Shown here in pieces: positions 34,928 through 43,827 of a stretch of DNA of 45,682 nt. The notes under the pieces were generated by a model, which did no database searches, was not told the origin of the DNA, and worked only from the letters and a program-made list of their open reading frames with translations. How positions within the stretch are numbered: the first letter of the stretch is position 1; each line of letters starts with the position of its first letter. Where the stretch lies: positions 1 through 45,682 of the forward strand of contig JABEVI010000280.1 of the NCBI GenBank assembly GCA_013044085.1, read 5' to 3'. The DNA is from Steroidobacteraceae bacterium (GTDB lineage Bacteria; Pseudomonadota; Gammaproteobacteria; Steroidobacterales; Steroidobacteraceae). The translations under genes were made by a program, and so were the position numbers.

Positions 34928-35953
34928 TCAGATGCCGAGATTCTTCTTCAGGTAGACCTTGATCGCCTGGACCGTGCTCACCGGCAGCGGCCCGAAGGAG
35001 ATCGAGCGCGCCTGCGCCTGGCCCTTCTCGAAGCCCCACATGAAGAAACGGATCACCGCGGCATTGCTCGCTTTCGGCGCGTTCTTGCGCAGGATCTGCC
35101 AGGTGCACCCCGAGATCGGCCAGGAGGCCGCGCCCGGCTGGTCGGTCAGGATCACGTAGAAATCCTGCGCCTTGGTGAAGTCGACATTGGCCGCGGCCGC
35201 CTGGAAACCGGCGAGGCTCGGACTGAGGATCTTGCCGCTCGCGTTGAGCATGCGCGCATAGTCCATGTGGTTCTCGAGGATGTAGGCGTACTCGACGTAG
35301 CCGACCGAGCCTCTGATGCGTTGCACATACGAGGCGACGCCCGCATTGCCCTTGCCGCCGATGCCGGTCGGCCAGTCAACCGAGGTGTCCGCGCCGATCC
35401 GCGCCTTCCACTGCGGGCTCACCTTCGAGAGGTAATTGGCGAACGTGAAGGTCGTGCCCGAGCCGTCCGAGCGATGCACGACGGTGATGTCCAGGTTCGG
35501 CAGCTTCACCCCGGGATTCAGGCGGGCGATCCGCGGGTCGTCCCAGTTCTTCACCTTGCCCATGAAGATGTCGGCGATCAACGGACCGGTGACGATCAAT
35601 TGCCCCGGTCCGATCCCCGGCACGTTGTAGACCAGGTCCTCGCCGGCGATCGCGGTCGGAAACTGGACCAGACCGTGTTTGGCGAGATCCGACGGCAACA
35701 AGGGCTTGTCGCTCGCGCCGAAGGCGACGGTGCCGGCCTCGATCTGGGCGATGCCCCCGCCCGAGCCGATCGCCTGGTAATTGACCTGGATGCCGGTGTT
35801 CTTCGCGTAGACGGCCGCCCACTTGGCGACCAGCGGATAGACCCAGGTGCTGCCGGCGCCGGTGATGCCCTGCGCGGCCTGGGCGCTCGCGCCGAGCGTC
35901 GCGGTGATGGCGATGGCGAGGCCGGCCAGTTGCGATTTTCTCGATTTCAGCAC
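34928..35953 (-). CDS. pstS: periplasmic phosphate-binding protein PstS
   Basis: 341 aa. GTG start preceded by GAGGAAA. Signal peptide MLKSRKSQLAGLAIAITATLGASAQA. GAGSTWVYPL and AIGSGGGI phosphate-binding motifs. A Pho box lies upstream. Confidence 0.92.
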   Translation of the reverse strand: MLKSRKSQLAGLAIAITATLGASAQAAQGITGAGSTWVYPLVAKWAAVYAKNTGIQVNYQAIGSGGGIAQIEAGTVAFGASDKPLLPSDLAKHGLVQFPTAIAGEDLVYNVPGIGPGQLIVTGPLIADIFMGKVKNWDDPRIARLNPGVKLPNLDITVVHRSDGSGTTFTFANYLSKVSPQWKARIGADTSVDWPTGIGGKGNAGVASYVQRIRGSVGYVEYAYILENHMDYARMLNASGKILSPSLAGFQAAAANVDFTKAQDFYVILTDQPGAASWPISGCTWQILRKNAPKASNAAVIRFFMWGFEKGQAQARSISFGPLPVSTVQAIKVYLKKNLGI

Positions 35954-35986
35954 GATGTTTCCTCAGGCGTTGCGGGGCGCGCCGCC

Positions 35987-36020
35987 ATTAGAAGCGATGT
36001 TTGTGACAAGGATATGACAC
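35987..36020 (-). promoter_or_regulatory. Pho box plus -10 element: PhoB-dependent promoter of pstSCAB
   Basis: The minus strand reads GTGTCAT-ATCC-TTGTCAC (36020-36003), versus the consensus CTGTCAT-A(A/T)A(A/T)-CTGTCA(C/T). Exactly 10 nt later comes TCTAAT (35992-35987). There is no -35-like hexamer, as expected for PhoB-activated promoters. It starts 5 nt after the dapE stop and lies about 30 nt upstream of the pstS start. Confidence 0.65.
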
Positions 36021-36025
36021 CCGGA

Positions 36026-37156
36026 TCAGGCGGCGAGCAGCAACTCGAGGGTGCGCCGGTAAAGGGCGTGCAAGCGGTCGATGTCGGCGACGCGCACGCA
36101 CTCGTCGACCTTGTGGATGCTCGCATTGACCACGCCGAGTTCGATCACCTGGGCGCCCATCGGCGCGATGAACCGGCCGTCGGAGGTGCCACCGCCGGTC
36201 GAGAGTCGCGGGGTGCGCGCCAATTCCTCTTGGATCGCGCGCGAGACCGCCGCCGACAGCGTCCCCGGCACGGTCAGGAACGGCAATCCCGACACGAACC
36301 ACTCGAGCGAGTACTTGACGCCGTGGCGGCGCAGGATCTGCTCGACCGTGGCCTGGAGCGAGTCGACCGTCTGTTCGGTCGAGAACCGCAGGTTGAAACG
36401 CGCCTTCAGTTCGCCCGGGATCACGTTCGGCGCCCCGGTGCCGGCGCTGAGGTTCGAGACCTGGAAGCTCGTCGGCTGAAAGTGCGCGTTGCCCGCGTCC
36501 CAGTGGTGCGCGACGAGTTCGGCGAGCGCCGGCGCAAAGGCGTGCAGCGGATTGTCGGCGGTATCCGGATACGCGATGTGGCCCTGGACGCCATGCACCG
36601 TCAGGCGCCCGCTCAAGCTGCCGCGGCGGCCGATCTTGAGCACGTCGCCCACCTCGTGCTCGCTCGAGGGCTCGCCGACCAGACACCAGTCGATGCGCTG
36701 GTCGCGCTCTTTGAGCACCTCGACGACGCGGCGCGTGCCGTCGACGGAGGGCCCCTCCTCGTCGCTCGTGATCAAAAAGGCGATCGAGCCGCGGTGGTGC
36801 GGATGCGCGGCGACGAAGGCCTCGCACGCCGTCACCATCGCCGCCAATCCGCTCTTCATGTCCGCGGCGCCGCGGCCGTAGAGAATGCCGTCCTCGATGC
36901 ACGGCGTGAACGGTTCGCTGCGCCATTGTTCGCGCGGGCCCGCCGGAACCACATCGGTGTGCCCGGCGAAGCAGAACACCGGACCCTCGCCGCCGCGTCG
37001 CGCCCAAAAGTTTCGCACCGGACCGAAGGGCAGCGGTTCGACCAGGAACCCGATCGCCTCGAGCCGCTCGATCATCAGCGCCTGGCAGCCGCCGTCCTCG
37101 GGGCTGACCGAGGGGCGCGCAATCAGGGCCTTGGTCAACTCGAGGGTGGAAGACAT
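36026..37156 (-). CDS. dapE: succinyl-diaminopimelate desuccinylase
   Basis: ATG 37156 gives [37 protein letters not shown]...FAGHTDVVP...GRGAADMK...ITSDEE...VGEPSS. It is collinear with E. coli DapE (375 aa); here it is 376 aa. The track ORF of 572 aa extends through dsbB out of frame. Confidence 0.93.
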   Translation of the reverse strand: MSSTLELTKALIARPSVSPEDGGCQALMIERLEAIGFLVEPLPFGPVRNFWARRGGEGPVFCFAGHTDVVPAGPREQWRSEPFTPCIEDGILYGRGAADMKSGLAAMVTACEAFVAAHPHHRGSIAFLITSDEEGPSVDGTRRVVEVLKERDQRIDWCLVGEPSSEHEVGDVLKIGRRGSLSGRLTVHGVQGHIAYPDTADNPLHAFAPALAELVAHHWDAGNAHFQPTSFQVSNLSAGTGAPNVIPGELKARFNLRFSTEQTVDSLQATVEQILRRHGVKYSLEWFVSGLPFLTVPGTLSAAVSRAIQEELARTPRLSTGGGTSDGRFIAPMGAQVIELGVVNASIHKVDECVRVADIDRLHALYRRTLELLLAA

Positions 37157-37170
37157 CGAATCGCGCCGCT

Positions 37171-37671
37171 TCAGGCGCGCGCGGCCGACGCGCGGCGGCG
37201 CGCGTTCGCCCAGATGCCGAAGGCGCCGAGCGCCGCGGCGGCGATCAGCACCCAGCCCGGCATGGCCAGGCCGAGGAAACGCCAGTCGATCTTGGCGCAT
37301 TCGCCGGAGCCGGACAGCACCTTGACGAGCACATCCTTCAGCGGCAGAACCTTGAGCATGAAACGCAGCGAGGCCCCGCAGGTCGGCACCGCATCCGGCG
37401 GCAGGCTCTGAATGTACAGCTGACGCGCCGCGACGCCGATCGTCGCCGCCGCCGCCGAACCCAAGAGCGCGGCGTAGACGAAGCGCCCCCAGCGGCGCGC
37501 GCCGTGCGCCGCCGCGACCAGGAAGATCACGCCGGTCGCGAAGATGCCGAGGCGCTGGAAGATGCACAACGGACACGGATCGAGGTGCAGCACGTACTGC
37601 GCGTAGTAGGCGTAGCCGAGGAGCGCCGCGCAGGCGAACGCGCCGAGCAAATTGGCGGCACGCGTGCTCAT
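37171..37671 (-). CDS. dsbB: disulfide bond formation protein B
   Basis: ATG 37671 gives [40 protein letters not shown] (first CxxC pair after TM1). A second Cys pair sits in the periplasmic loop (PTCGAS...GECAKIDW). It has 4 TM segments and 166 aa. Its ATG overlaps the phoU stop (ATGA 37668-37671). Confidence 0.85.
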   Translation of the reverse strand: MSTRAANLLGAFACAALLGYAYYAQYVLHLDPCPLCIFQRLGIFATGVIFLVAAAHGARRWGRFVYAALLGSAAAATIGVAARQLYIQSLPPDAVPTCGASLRFMLKVLPLKDVLVKVLSGSGECAKIDWRFLGLAMPGWVLIAAAALGAFGIWANARRRASAARA

Positions 37672-38399
37672 GGGTTCCTCCCCGGGGCGACGTCGAGCTC
37701 GCGCGCGACATCCTCGAGCGAGGTGTGGCGGATGTCCTTGCCATGCACCATGTAGATCACGTACTCGCAGATGTTCTTGGCATGATCGCCGATGCGCTCG
37801 AGGGCGCGCACGATCCACATGATCTCGAGTGCGCGCCGGATGGTGCGCGGATCCTCCATCATGAAGGTCATGCATTGGCGCTGGATCGACTCGTACTCCT
37901 CATCGACCATGCGATCCTCCTGCGCGGTCTTCAGCGCAGCCTTCGAATCCATGCGCGCAAAGGCGTCGAGCGCGTCGTGGGTCATCTGCGCGACGTGTCG
38001 TCCGAGGTGTTTGACCTCACGGTACTTGTCGGCCGGCCTCTCCATCGTCGCGAGCCGCGAGGCGATGTAGCCGATCTTCTCGCCCTCATCACCGATGCGC
38101 TCCAGATCGGTGATCGTCTTGATGATCGCGACGATCACGCGCAGGTCGCCGGCCGCCGGCGCCCGCAACGCGAGGATGCGGCTGCACTCCTCGTCGATCG
38201 ACACCTCCATGTGGTTGACCTTGTAGTCATCGGTCGCGACCGCCTCGCCGAGACGGCTGTCGCCCTCGACGAGCGCGGTGATCGCCTTGTACAGCTGTTG
38301 TTCGACGAAGCCGCCCATTTGCAGCAGCTCGTTGCGGACCTTCTCGAGATCCTCGTTGAACCGGCGGGAGGTGTGGTGGGTCAGATCAGCGGTTTCCAT
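37668..38399 (-). CDS. phoU: phosphate signalling complex protein PhoU
   Basis: ATG 38399 gives [30 protein letters not shown]. It is collinear with E. coli PhoU ([30 protein letters not shown]). It has two PhoU repeats with E/DxxxD motifs and is 243 aa. Confidence 0.93.
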   Translation of the reverse strand: METADLTHHTSRRFNEDLEKVRNELLQMGGFVEQQLYKAITALVEGDSRLGEAVATDDYKVNHMEVSIDEECSRILALRAPAAGDLRVIVAIIKTITDLERIGDEGEKIGYIASRLATMERPADKYREVKHLGRHVAQMTHDALDAFARMDSKAALKTAQEDRMVDEEYESIQRQCMTFMMEDPRTIRRALEIMWIVRALERIGDHAKNICEYVIYMVHGKDIRHTSLEDVARELDVAPGRNP

Positions 38400-38431
38400 G
38401 CGCGTCCATTTACATGCCTTTTCGCATCGCG

Positions 38432-39730
38432 TCAACCACCGGCTGCGCGCAGGAGCTGTTGCGGCGGGAAATGGCAGGTGAACGTGCTGCCCTTGCCTTC
38501 GACGCTGTGCACCTCGAGACGGCCGCCGTGGCGCTGCAGGGCGTGCTTGACGATCGCAAGCCCGAGACCGGAGCCGCCCTGACCGCGGGAGCGGCCGTGA
38601 TCGACCCGGTAGAAACGCTCGGTGAGGCGCGGAATGTGCTCCGCCGGAATGCCGATGCCGCTGTCGATGACCGAAAAATGCCCACCCTCTGCGTCGACGC
38701 GCCAGACCATGCGCACCGTGCCCTCGACGGGGGTGTACTTGAGCGCATTGTCGATTAAATTGGTGAACGCCGACTCGATCTCGCGCGCCGCCCCGTACAA
38801 GCCGCTCTGCGACTCGAGCGTGAGCGAGACCTCGCGCGGCCGGCCCACCCGGGCCAGGGCGTCGCGTTGCAGACGTTCGAGCAGCCGCGGCACGTCGACC
38901 GGCTCACGCGGCACCTCCTCCTCGGTCACCTCGAGCCGCGACAGCTCCAGCAGGTCGGCGATGATGGAGTTCATGCGCCGCGCCTGGGCGCGCATGTCCC
39001 GCACGGGCCCGTTCCAGGCCGCATCGAGGCCCGAATCCTCCGCGAGGGCGTCGAGATAGCCGCTGATCACGGTGAGCGGCGTACGCAGTTCGTGCGAGGC
39101 GTTGGCGACGAAATCCTTGCGCATCGCCTCGAGCCGGTGCTGGTGGGTGACGTCGCGCGCGAGCAGCAGCGACTGGCCGGCGCCGTACGGCACGAGCTGC
39201 AGCGACAGATAGGACTCGATTTCGGCGGGCGGGCGGATCACGAGCGGCGCGGCATAGTCGTTCGAGCGCAGGTAACGGATGAACTCCGGCGCGCGGATCA
39301 GGTTGTCGATCCGCAGGCCGACATCCACCGGCCGGCGCAGGCCGAGCAGGCTCGCCGCCCGCCGGTTGAACCAGAGGATTTCACGCTGGCCGCCGAGAAT
39401 GATCACCCCGTCGGGCAGCGCCGCGGTCGAGCGGCGCAGCTCGCGAAACAACTGGGCGAGCCGCTGTTTGTGGTATTGCTTGCGCCGGTACAGCCGGTCG
39501 ACCTGGGCGACCACATCGCCCCAGACACCACCGATCGACGGCGGGTGCAGTTGCGATCGCAGCCGCAGCCAGCGCTCGAGCAGGTACAGATTGCGCAATT
39601 GCCAGATGAGGTAGAGCGCGAAGGCGATGACGACGCCTACGCCCGTCATGCCGGCGAGCCGGCCGAGTATCAGGCCGAGCAGCAGCACAGCGGCGAGCCG
39701 CGCGAGCGCGAAAGTCCAAACGGCCGTCAT
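38432..39730 (-). CDS. phoR: phosphate regulon sensor histidine kinase PhoR
   Basis: 432 aa. Two N-terminal TM segments, a PAS-like region, H-box FVANASHELRTPLTVISGY, and N, G1 and G2 boxes (NLIDNALKYT, DSGIGI, GGSGLGLAIV). Follows phoB by 22 nt. Confidence 0.9.
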   Translation of the reverse strand: MTAVWTFALARLAAVLLLGLILGRLAGMTGVGVVIAFALYLIWQLRNLYLLERWLRLRSQLHPPSIGGVWGDVVAQVDRLYRRKQYHKQRLAQLFRELRRSTAALPDGVIILGGQREILWFNRRAASLLGLRRPVDVGLRIDNLIRAPEFIRYLRSNDYAAPLVIRPPAEIESYLSLQLVPYGAGQSLLLARDVTHQHRLEAMRKDFVANASHELRTPLTVISGYLDALAEDSGLDAAWNGPVRDMRAQARRMNSIIADLLELSRLEVTEEEVPREPVDVPRLLERLQRDALARVGRPREVSLTLESQSGLYGAAREIESAFTNLIDNALKYTPVEGTVRMVWRVDAEGGHFSVIDSGIGIPAEHIPRLTERFYRVDHGRSRGQGGSGLGLAIVKHALQRHGGRLEVHSVEGKGSTFTCHFPPQQLLRAAGG

Positions 39731-39752
39731 CCGCTAGACTTTTACCACCTTT

Positions 39753-40448
39753 TCACGGCTCGCGCGTCGACAAGCGGTAGCCGGAACCGCGCACGGTTTG
39801 CACCAGGTGTTCGCGACCGAACGGCTCGAGCGCCTTGCGCAGGCGGCGGATGTGCACATCGACGGTGCGCTCCTCGACGTAGGTGTTGCCGCCCCAGATC
39901 CGATCGAGCAGCTGGCCGCGCGAGAAGACGCGTTCCGGATGGGTCATGAAGAAATGCAGCAGGCGGTATTCGGTCGGCCCGAGCGGTATCTCGCGCTCAC
40001 CGGTGCTGACGCGATGACTGGCATCGTCGAGCCGAAGATCCTCGATCTCGACGACGTCCTCACCACCGCCCGGCGAGGCACGACGCAGCACCGCCTGGAT
40101 CCGCGCCAGCAATTCGCGCGGCGAGAACGGCTTGGTGACGTAATCGTCGGCGCCACCCTCGAGACCGCCCACCTTGTCCTGTTCCTCGGCGCGCGCGGTG
40201 AGCATGATCACCGGGATATCCTCGGACTCCTTGTCCCGCTTCAGCGCCCGGGTCAATTCGAGGCCGCTCATGTCCGGCAGCATCCAGTCGACCAGCATCA
40301 GATCCGGTCGCTGATCGACCAGCCGGGCGCGCGCGGCACGGCAATCCTCGGCCTCCAGGACCTCGTAACCGGCGCGCCGCAGGCCGAAGGCGATCAGGTC
40401 CCGGATCGGCTTTTCATCCTCGACGATGAGAATGCGCTTGGCGCTCAT
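39753..40448 (-). CDS. phoB: phosphate regulon response regulator PhoB
   Basis: 231 aa. Receiver domain (KRILIVEDE...[14 protein letters not shown]...PVIMLTAR) plus an OmpR-type winged helix ([13 protein letters not shown]...[11 protein letters not shown]). Paired with phoR-phoU. A Pho box lies upstream. Confidence 0.95.
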   Translation of the reverse strand: MSAKRILIVEDEKPIRDLIAFGLRRAGYEVLEAEDCRAARARLVDQRPDLMLVDWMLPDMSGLELTRALKRDKESEDIPVIMLTARAEEQDKVGGLEGGADDYVTKPFSPRELLARIQAVLRRASPGGGEDVVEIEDLRLDDASHRVSTGEREIPLGPTEYRLLHFFMTHPERVFSRGQLLDRIWGGNTYVEERTVDVHIRRLRKALEPFGREHLVQTVRGSGYRLSTREP

Positions 40449-40483
40449 GCGGTCGGTCGATCCCCGGTTGTCATTATCGCCTC

Positions 40484-40517
40484 ATTACATCGTCCCAATG
40501 TGACAGTGCCATGACGG
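40484..40517 (-). promoter_or_regulatory. Pho box plus -10 element: autoregulated promoter of phoB-phoR(-phoU-dsbB-dapE)
   Basis: The minus strand reads CCGTCAT-GGCA-CTGTCAC (40517-40500). Exactly 10 nt later comes TGTAAT (40489-40484). The geometry is the same as at pstS. It lies about 35 nt upstream of the phoB ATG (40448) and 16 nt after the tsaB stop. Confidence 0.6.
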
Positions 40518-40533
40518 CGACGGCGAAGGCGCC

Positions 40534-41217
40534 TCACCGGCGGGCGCGCTCCAGTTCGGTCAAGGCGACCTTGTCGCGCAGGTACAGCGGCGCGAGCGCC
40601 GCCGGATCGAGCGCCTCGCCGGCGGCGAAGCGCAACGCGCCGAGGCTTGCGATCTGCAACGCATCCGGCAGGGCGCGCGCATCGCGCGCATCGACCTCGA
40701 CGGCGGCCGCGGCGCCGAGGGTCGGATAAGCGCTGAAGCCGCGGCCGACGCCGCGGCGCGGCGGCACGCCCTGCGGCCGCACCGACTCGATCGGGCCGAC
40801 GCACGGTGCAAAGGTCGCGACCACACCGCGCTTCGCGTCGGCGCGATAACACCCCCAATAGACCTCGGCCATGCGCGCATCGAGGCAGGCGAGCACCGGT
40901 CCCTGCCCCACCCTTGGCCAGGCGAGCGCCTCGAGGGTGCTCACCGGCACGACCGGGAGCCCGGCGCCGAAGGCCAGTCCCTGGGCGACCGAGACACTGA
41001 CGCGCACCCCGGTGAACGCGCCCGGGCCGATGCCCGCGACGATGGCGTCGAGCGAGGCGGCGCGCACACCGGCCTCGGCGAGCACCTCGGCGATCAGCGC
41101 CAGGAAGCGTTCGGCCTGGCCACCCGCCGGCTCCTCATAGCGGCCGATCGACTCCCCGCCAAGGAGCAAGGCGGCGGAGCACGCTTCGGTCGAGGCATCG
41201 ATGGCGAGAAGGCGCAT
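40534..41217 (-). CDS. tsaB: tRNA N6-threonylcarbamoyladenosine biosynthesis protein TsaB (YeaZ)
   Basis: 227 aa. MRLLAIDASTEACSAALLLGGE start and GPGAFTGVRVSVSVAQGLAFG motif of the ASKHA-fold YeaZ family. It is adjacent to a yoaA-like helicase, as in E. coli. Confidence 0.88.
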   Translation of the reverse strand: MRLLAIDASTEACSAALLLGGESIGRYEEPAGGQAERFLALIAEVLAEAGVRAASLDAIVAGIGPGAFTGVRVSVSVAQGLAFGAGLPVVPVSTLEALAWPRVGQGPVLACLDARMAEVYWGCYRADAKRGVVATFAPCVGPIESVRPQGVPPRRGVGRGFSAYPTLGAAAAVEVDARDARALPDALQIASLGALRFAAGEALDPAALAPLYLRDKVALTELERARR

Positions 41218-41221
41218 CGGT

Positions 41222-43147
41222 TCAGCCTGCGTAAGAGGCTGCGCGGGGTTCGCCGGCGGCGAACCGCTCGCCGAGAAATCGCACCGCCTGCGACACCTCG
41301 GTCAGCACCGGGCTCGGCGGCAGCGCGGCGAGAAAGGCGCGTCCGTAGGATTTGCTCTGCAGCCGCGGATCGCCGATCACGATCACCCCGAAGTCCTCGA
41401 CATCGCGGATCAGGCGGCCCACGCCCTGTTTCAAGGCGAGCACGGCGCGCGGCAGTTGTTGCTCGAGAAAGCCGTTGCCGCCGCGGCGGCGAATGCCCTC
41501 GAGCCGCGCGGCGAGCAGCGGATCATCCGGCGCCGCGAACGGCAGCTTGTCGATGGCGACGATCGACAGCGCCTCGCCCTTGACGTCGACGCCCTCCCAA
41601 AAGCTGCCTGTCGCCAGCAACACCGCGTTGCCGAGTTGGCGAAAGCGCGCGAGCAGCGTCTCGCGCGGCGCCTCGCCCTGAACGAGCACGGGGAACGGTG
41701 GCTGCGGAAAGCGCCGGCGCAGGCACTCGACGCCCTCGGCGAGCGCCCGATGACTCGTGTAGAGCAGGAAGGCGCGGCCGCCGCTCACCTCGAGCAGCGG
41801 CGCGCAGGCCTCGATGAAGGCCGCCGCATAGCGCGGGGACTGCGGCTCGGGCATGCGCGGCGGCAGAAAAATGCGCGCCTGCGCGCGAAAATCGAACGGA
41901 CTGTCGATCGCGAGCGTGCGCGCCTCGGGCAGGCCGATGCGCGTCGCGAAGTGCGAGAAATCCCCGGCCAGTGCGAGGGTCGCGGAGGTGAAAATCCAGG
42001 TCGAGCCCGTGGCCTCGATGCGCTCGCGCAGGCGCTCGGCGACCTCGAACGGCGTGAACTGCAGCACGAGGCCTGCGGCGCCGACCTCGACCCAGCGCAC
42101 CCCGGCCTCATCGGAATTCGCACGCAGCGCGGCGAGCGTCGCGGCGCACGCCTGGGCGCGCCGTGCGCCGTTGGCGACGCCCGGTCCGGCGCCTAGACCC
42201 TCGAGCTGCGTGCCGATCTCGCCGAGCGCGCGTTCGAGGTCCGAAAGCTCATCGAGGAAGGCATCGGGAAGCTGCGCCCAATCGAGGCGCGCGGCGACGC
42301 CGGGGAGCGTCGCGCGCAAGGCCTTGAGCCGCGCATCGATCGCCTCGAACGCCGCGATCAGGGGCGGCGCGGGCACGGCGGCGGCCTCGAGCGCGGCGAG
42401 CACATCGCGGCGCAAGGTCTCGATCTGCCGCGCCGACCAGATCTGACCGAAGAACTGCGCGGCGATGTCCGGCACCTGGTGCGCTTCATCGAGAATCAGC
42501 GCGTCGGCTTCGGGCAGCAGGTCGCCGAATCCGCCCTCCTTCAAGGCAAGATCGGCGAGCAGCAGGTGATGATTGACGACCACGAGGTCGGCGTCCTGTG
42601 CCTGGCGACGCGCCTCGAGCACGTGGCAGTCGGCGTGACGCGGGCACTCCTGGCCGAGACAATTCTCGCGCGTCGAGGTGATCAGCGGGCCGATGGGCGA
42701 ATGTTCCGGCAGATCCTCGAACTCGCTCAAATCGCCGCTCTTGGTGCTCGCCGCCCAACGCGCGAGGCCGGGAAGCGCGATCTGGCGGCTCGCCAGATCC
42801 AGCCGATGCCGGCACAGATAGTTGGCGCGGCCCTTCAGCAAGGCGACCTGCACGGGACGGCCGAGGGCGCGCGCAAGCAAGGGCAGATCGCGCCGGAAGA
42901 GCTGGTCCTGCAGGGTGCGGGTGCCGGTCGAGAGAATCACGCGCCGGCCCGAGAGCATCGCGGGCACGAGATACGCGAAGGTCTTCCCCGTGCCGGTGCC
43001 CGCCTCGACCAGCAAGGACTCGCCGAGGGCAAGCGCCCGCGCCACCGCCTCGGCCATCGCGGCCTGTTCGGGCCGGAAACGGTAGCCCGGCAAGGCGCGC
43101 GCGAGCACACCCTCAGGCGCGAACAACTCGGAGATCTCAGTGCTCAT
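41222..43147 (-). CDS. yoaA: ATP-dependent DNA helicase, DinG/YoaA family (XPD-like, Fe-S)
   Basis: 641 aa. Walker A EAGTGTGKTFAYLVP, DEAH box LILDEAHQV, a cysteine cluster (CRHRL...ENCLGQECPRHADCH) consistent with the XPD/DinG Fe-S domain, and C-terminal helicase motifs (ATGSFWEGVD, QGVGRLIR). The size and the tsaB neighbourhood favour YoaA over DinG. Confidence 0.82.
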   Translation of the reverse strand: MSTEISELFAPEGVLARALPGYRFRPEQAAMAEAVARALALGESLLVEAGTGTGKTFAYLVPAMLSGRRVILSTGTRTLQDQLFRRDLPLLARALGRPVQVALLKGRANYLCRHRLDLASRQIALPGLARWAASTKSGDLSEFEDLPEHSPIGPLITSTRENCLGQECPRHADCHVLEARRQAQDADLVVVNHHLLLADLALKEGGFGDLLPEADALILDEAHQVPDIAAQFFGQIWSARQIETLRRDVLAALEAAAVPAPPLIAAFEAIDARLKALRATLPGVAARLDWAQLPDAFLDELSDLERALGEIGTQLEGLGAGPGVANGARRAQACAATLAALRANSDEAGVRWVEVGAAGLVLQFTPFEVAERLRERIEATGSTWIFTSATLALAGDFSHFATRIGLPEARTLAIDSPFDFRAQARIFLPPRMPEPQSPRYAAAFIEACAPLLEVSGGRAFLLYTSHRALAEGVECLRRRFPQPPFPVLVQGEAPRETLLARFRQLGNAVLLATGSFWEGVDVKGEALSIVAIDKLPFAAPDDPLLAARLEGIRRRGGNGFLEQQLPRAVLALKQGVGRLIRDVEDFGVIVIGDPRLQSKSYGRAFLAALPPSPVLTEVSQAVRFLGERFAAGEPRAASYAG

Positions 43148-43206
43148 GGTCGGCGCTCAGACTACGACGTTGCGCCGCCTTCGGCTGCACATTTTTGGTG
43201 CCTTTT

Positions 43207-43728
43207 TCAGCGCAACACCGCCGTGAAGCGCACGAACGCGACCGACCCGGGCTGCAGCGTGTCCTGCAGGATCCAGCGAATATCGGTGTAGTCGGCCGGC
43301 AGCGCGCGCCGCAGGACGCCATGCACGCCCGGCACCCGCAAGGTCTGCGGCTGACCGTAGGTGCGGCCGCCGTCGACCGAAAAGCTCACCTGCGCACCCG
43401 GTCCGACCGCCGTGCCGCCCAAGTAGCGCATCCGGCCGGGGATCGGACTGGTGACGACGACACCGTTCGCCGGTCGCAGACCCTCGTTGTGCACGGCGAG
43501 CGTGTAGACGACCGGATCGCCGACCACGACCCGATCGGCCGGCACCAAGCGCACCTGCCTGCGGCCATCGACGAGGCTCGAGTGGACCACTCGAGCCTTG
43601 ATGATGATCGCGAGCGAGGCTTGAGGACCCACGGTCGGCGCCGGTCCCACGGACGCAGGGGACGCGGCGCGGGCGGCCGGATCGACGAGGCTCGCGACGA
43701 GCGCCAGGGCGAGCATTTTTCGCATCAC
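43207..43728 (-). CDS. small exported protein with a DUF11-like (conserved repeat / Ig-like beta-sandwich) domain, function unknown
   Basis: 173 aa. Signal peptide MMRKMLALALVASLVDPAARAASPA. The segment GDPVVYTLAVHNEGLRPANGVVVTSPIPGRMRYLGG resembles the DUF11 repeat pattern (GDxxxYTxxVxNxGxxxAxxVxVxxxxP). GAGGAA SD before the ATG. High GC3 in this frame. Overlapping alternative-frame ORFs lack any motif. Confidence 0.6.
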   Translation of the reverse strand: MMRKMLALALVASLVDPAARAASPASVGPAPTVGPQASLAIIIKARVVHSSLVDGRRQVRLVPADRVVVGDPVVYTLAVHNEGLRPANGVVVTSPIPGRMRYLGGTAVGPGAQVSFSVDGGRTYGQPQTLRVPGVHGVLRRALPADYTDIRWILQDTLQPGSVAFVRFTAVLR

Positions 43729-43750
43729 AGGGTTCCTCGTAAACCAATGA

Positions 43751-43780
43751 TTTAAAAGCTATTTATACGTATGCTATGAT
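43751..43780 (+). promoter_or_regulatory. candidate extended -10 promoter for pckG (TTTAAA-18 nt-TGcTATGAT)
   Basis: The plus strand reads TTTAAA (43751-43756), an 18-nt spacer, TG (43772-43773) and TATGAT (43775-43780). It lies in the only AT-rich patch of the divergent spacer, about 48 nt upstream of the pckG ATG. Pattern match only. Confidence 0.35.
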
Positions 43781-43827
43781 TGACGCCGGGATCTTATCTG
43801 CGAACCATCCGCGCTTTAAGGACTTTC

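Noticed and set aside
38400-38435. A TTG at 38435 forming a TTGA overlap with the phoR stop, as an alternative phoU start. The junction type is the same as at rnhB and dnaE.
   Set aside because: The extra 12 residues (MTRCEKACKWTR) have no counterpart in PhoU. ATG 38399 gives a protein collinear, residue for residue, with the E. coli PhoU N-terminus. A residual possibility remains, because the SD before 38399 is weak.
43157-43747. A 196-aa minus-strand ORF and a 186-aa plus-strand ORF (43195-43755) overlapping the 173-aa DUF11-like gene.
   Set aside because: Neither has a signal peptide, an SD or a motif, and both are Arg/Gly-rich. The 173-aa frame has a signal peptide, an SD (GAGGAA) and a recognisable domain motif.
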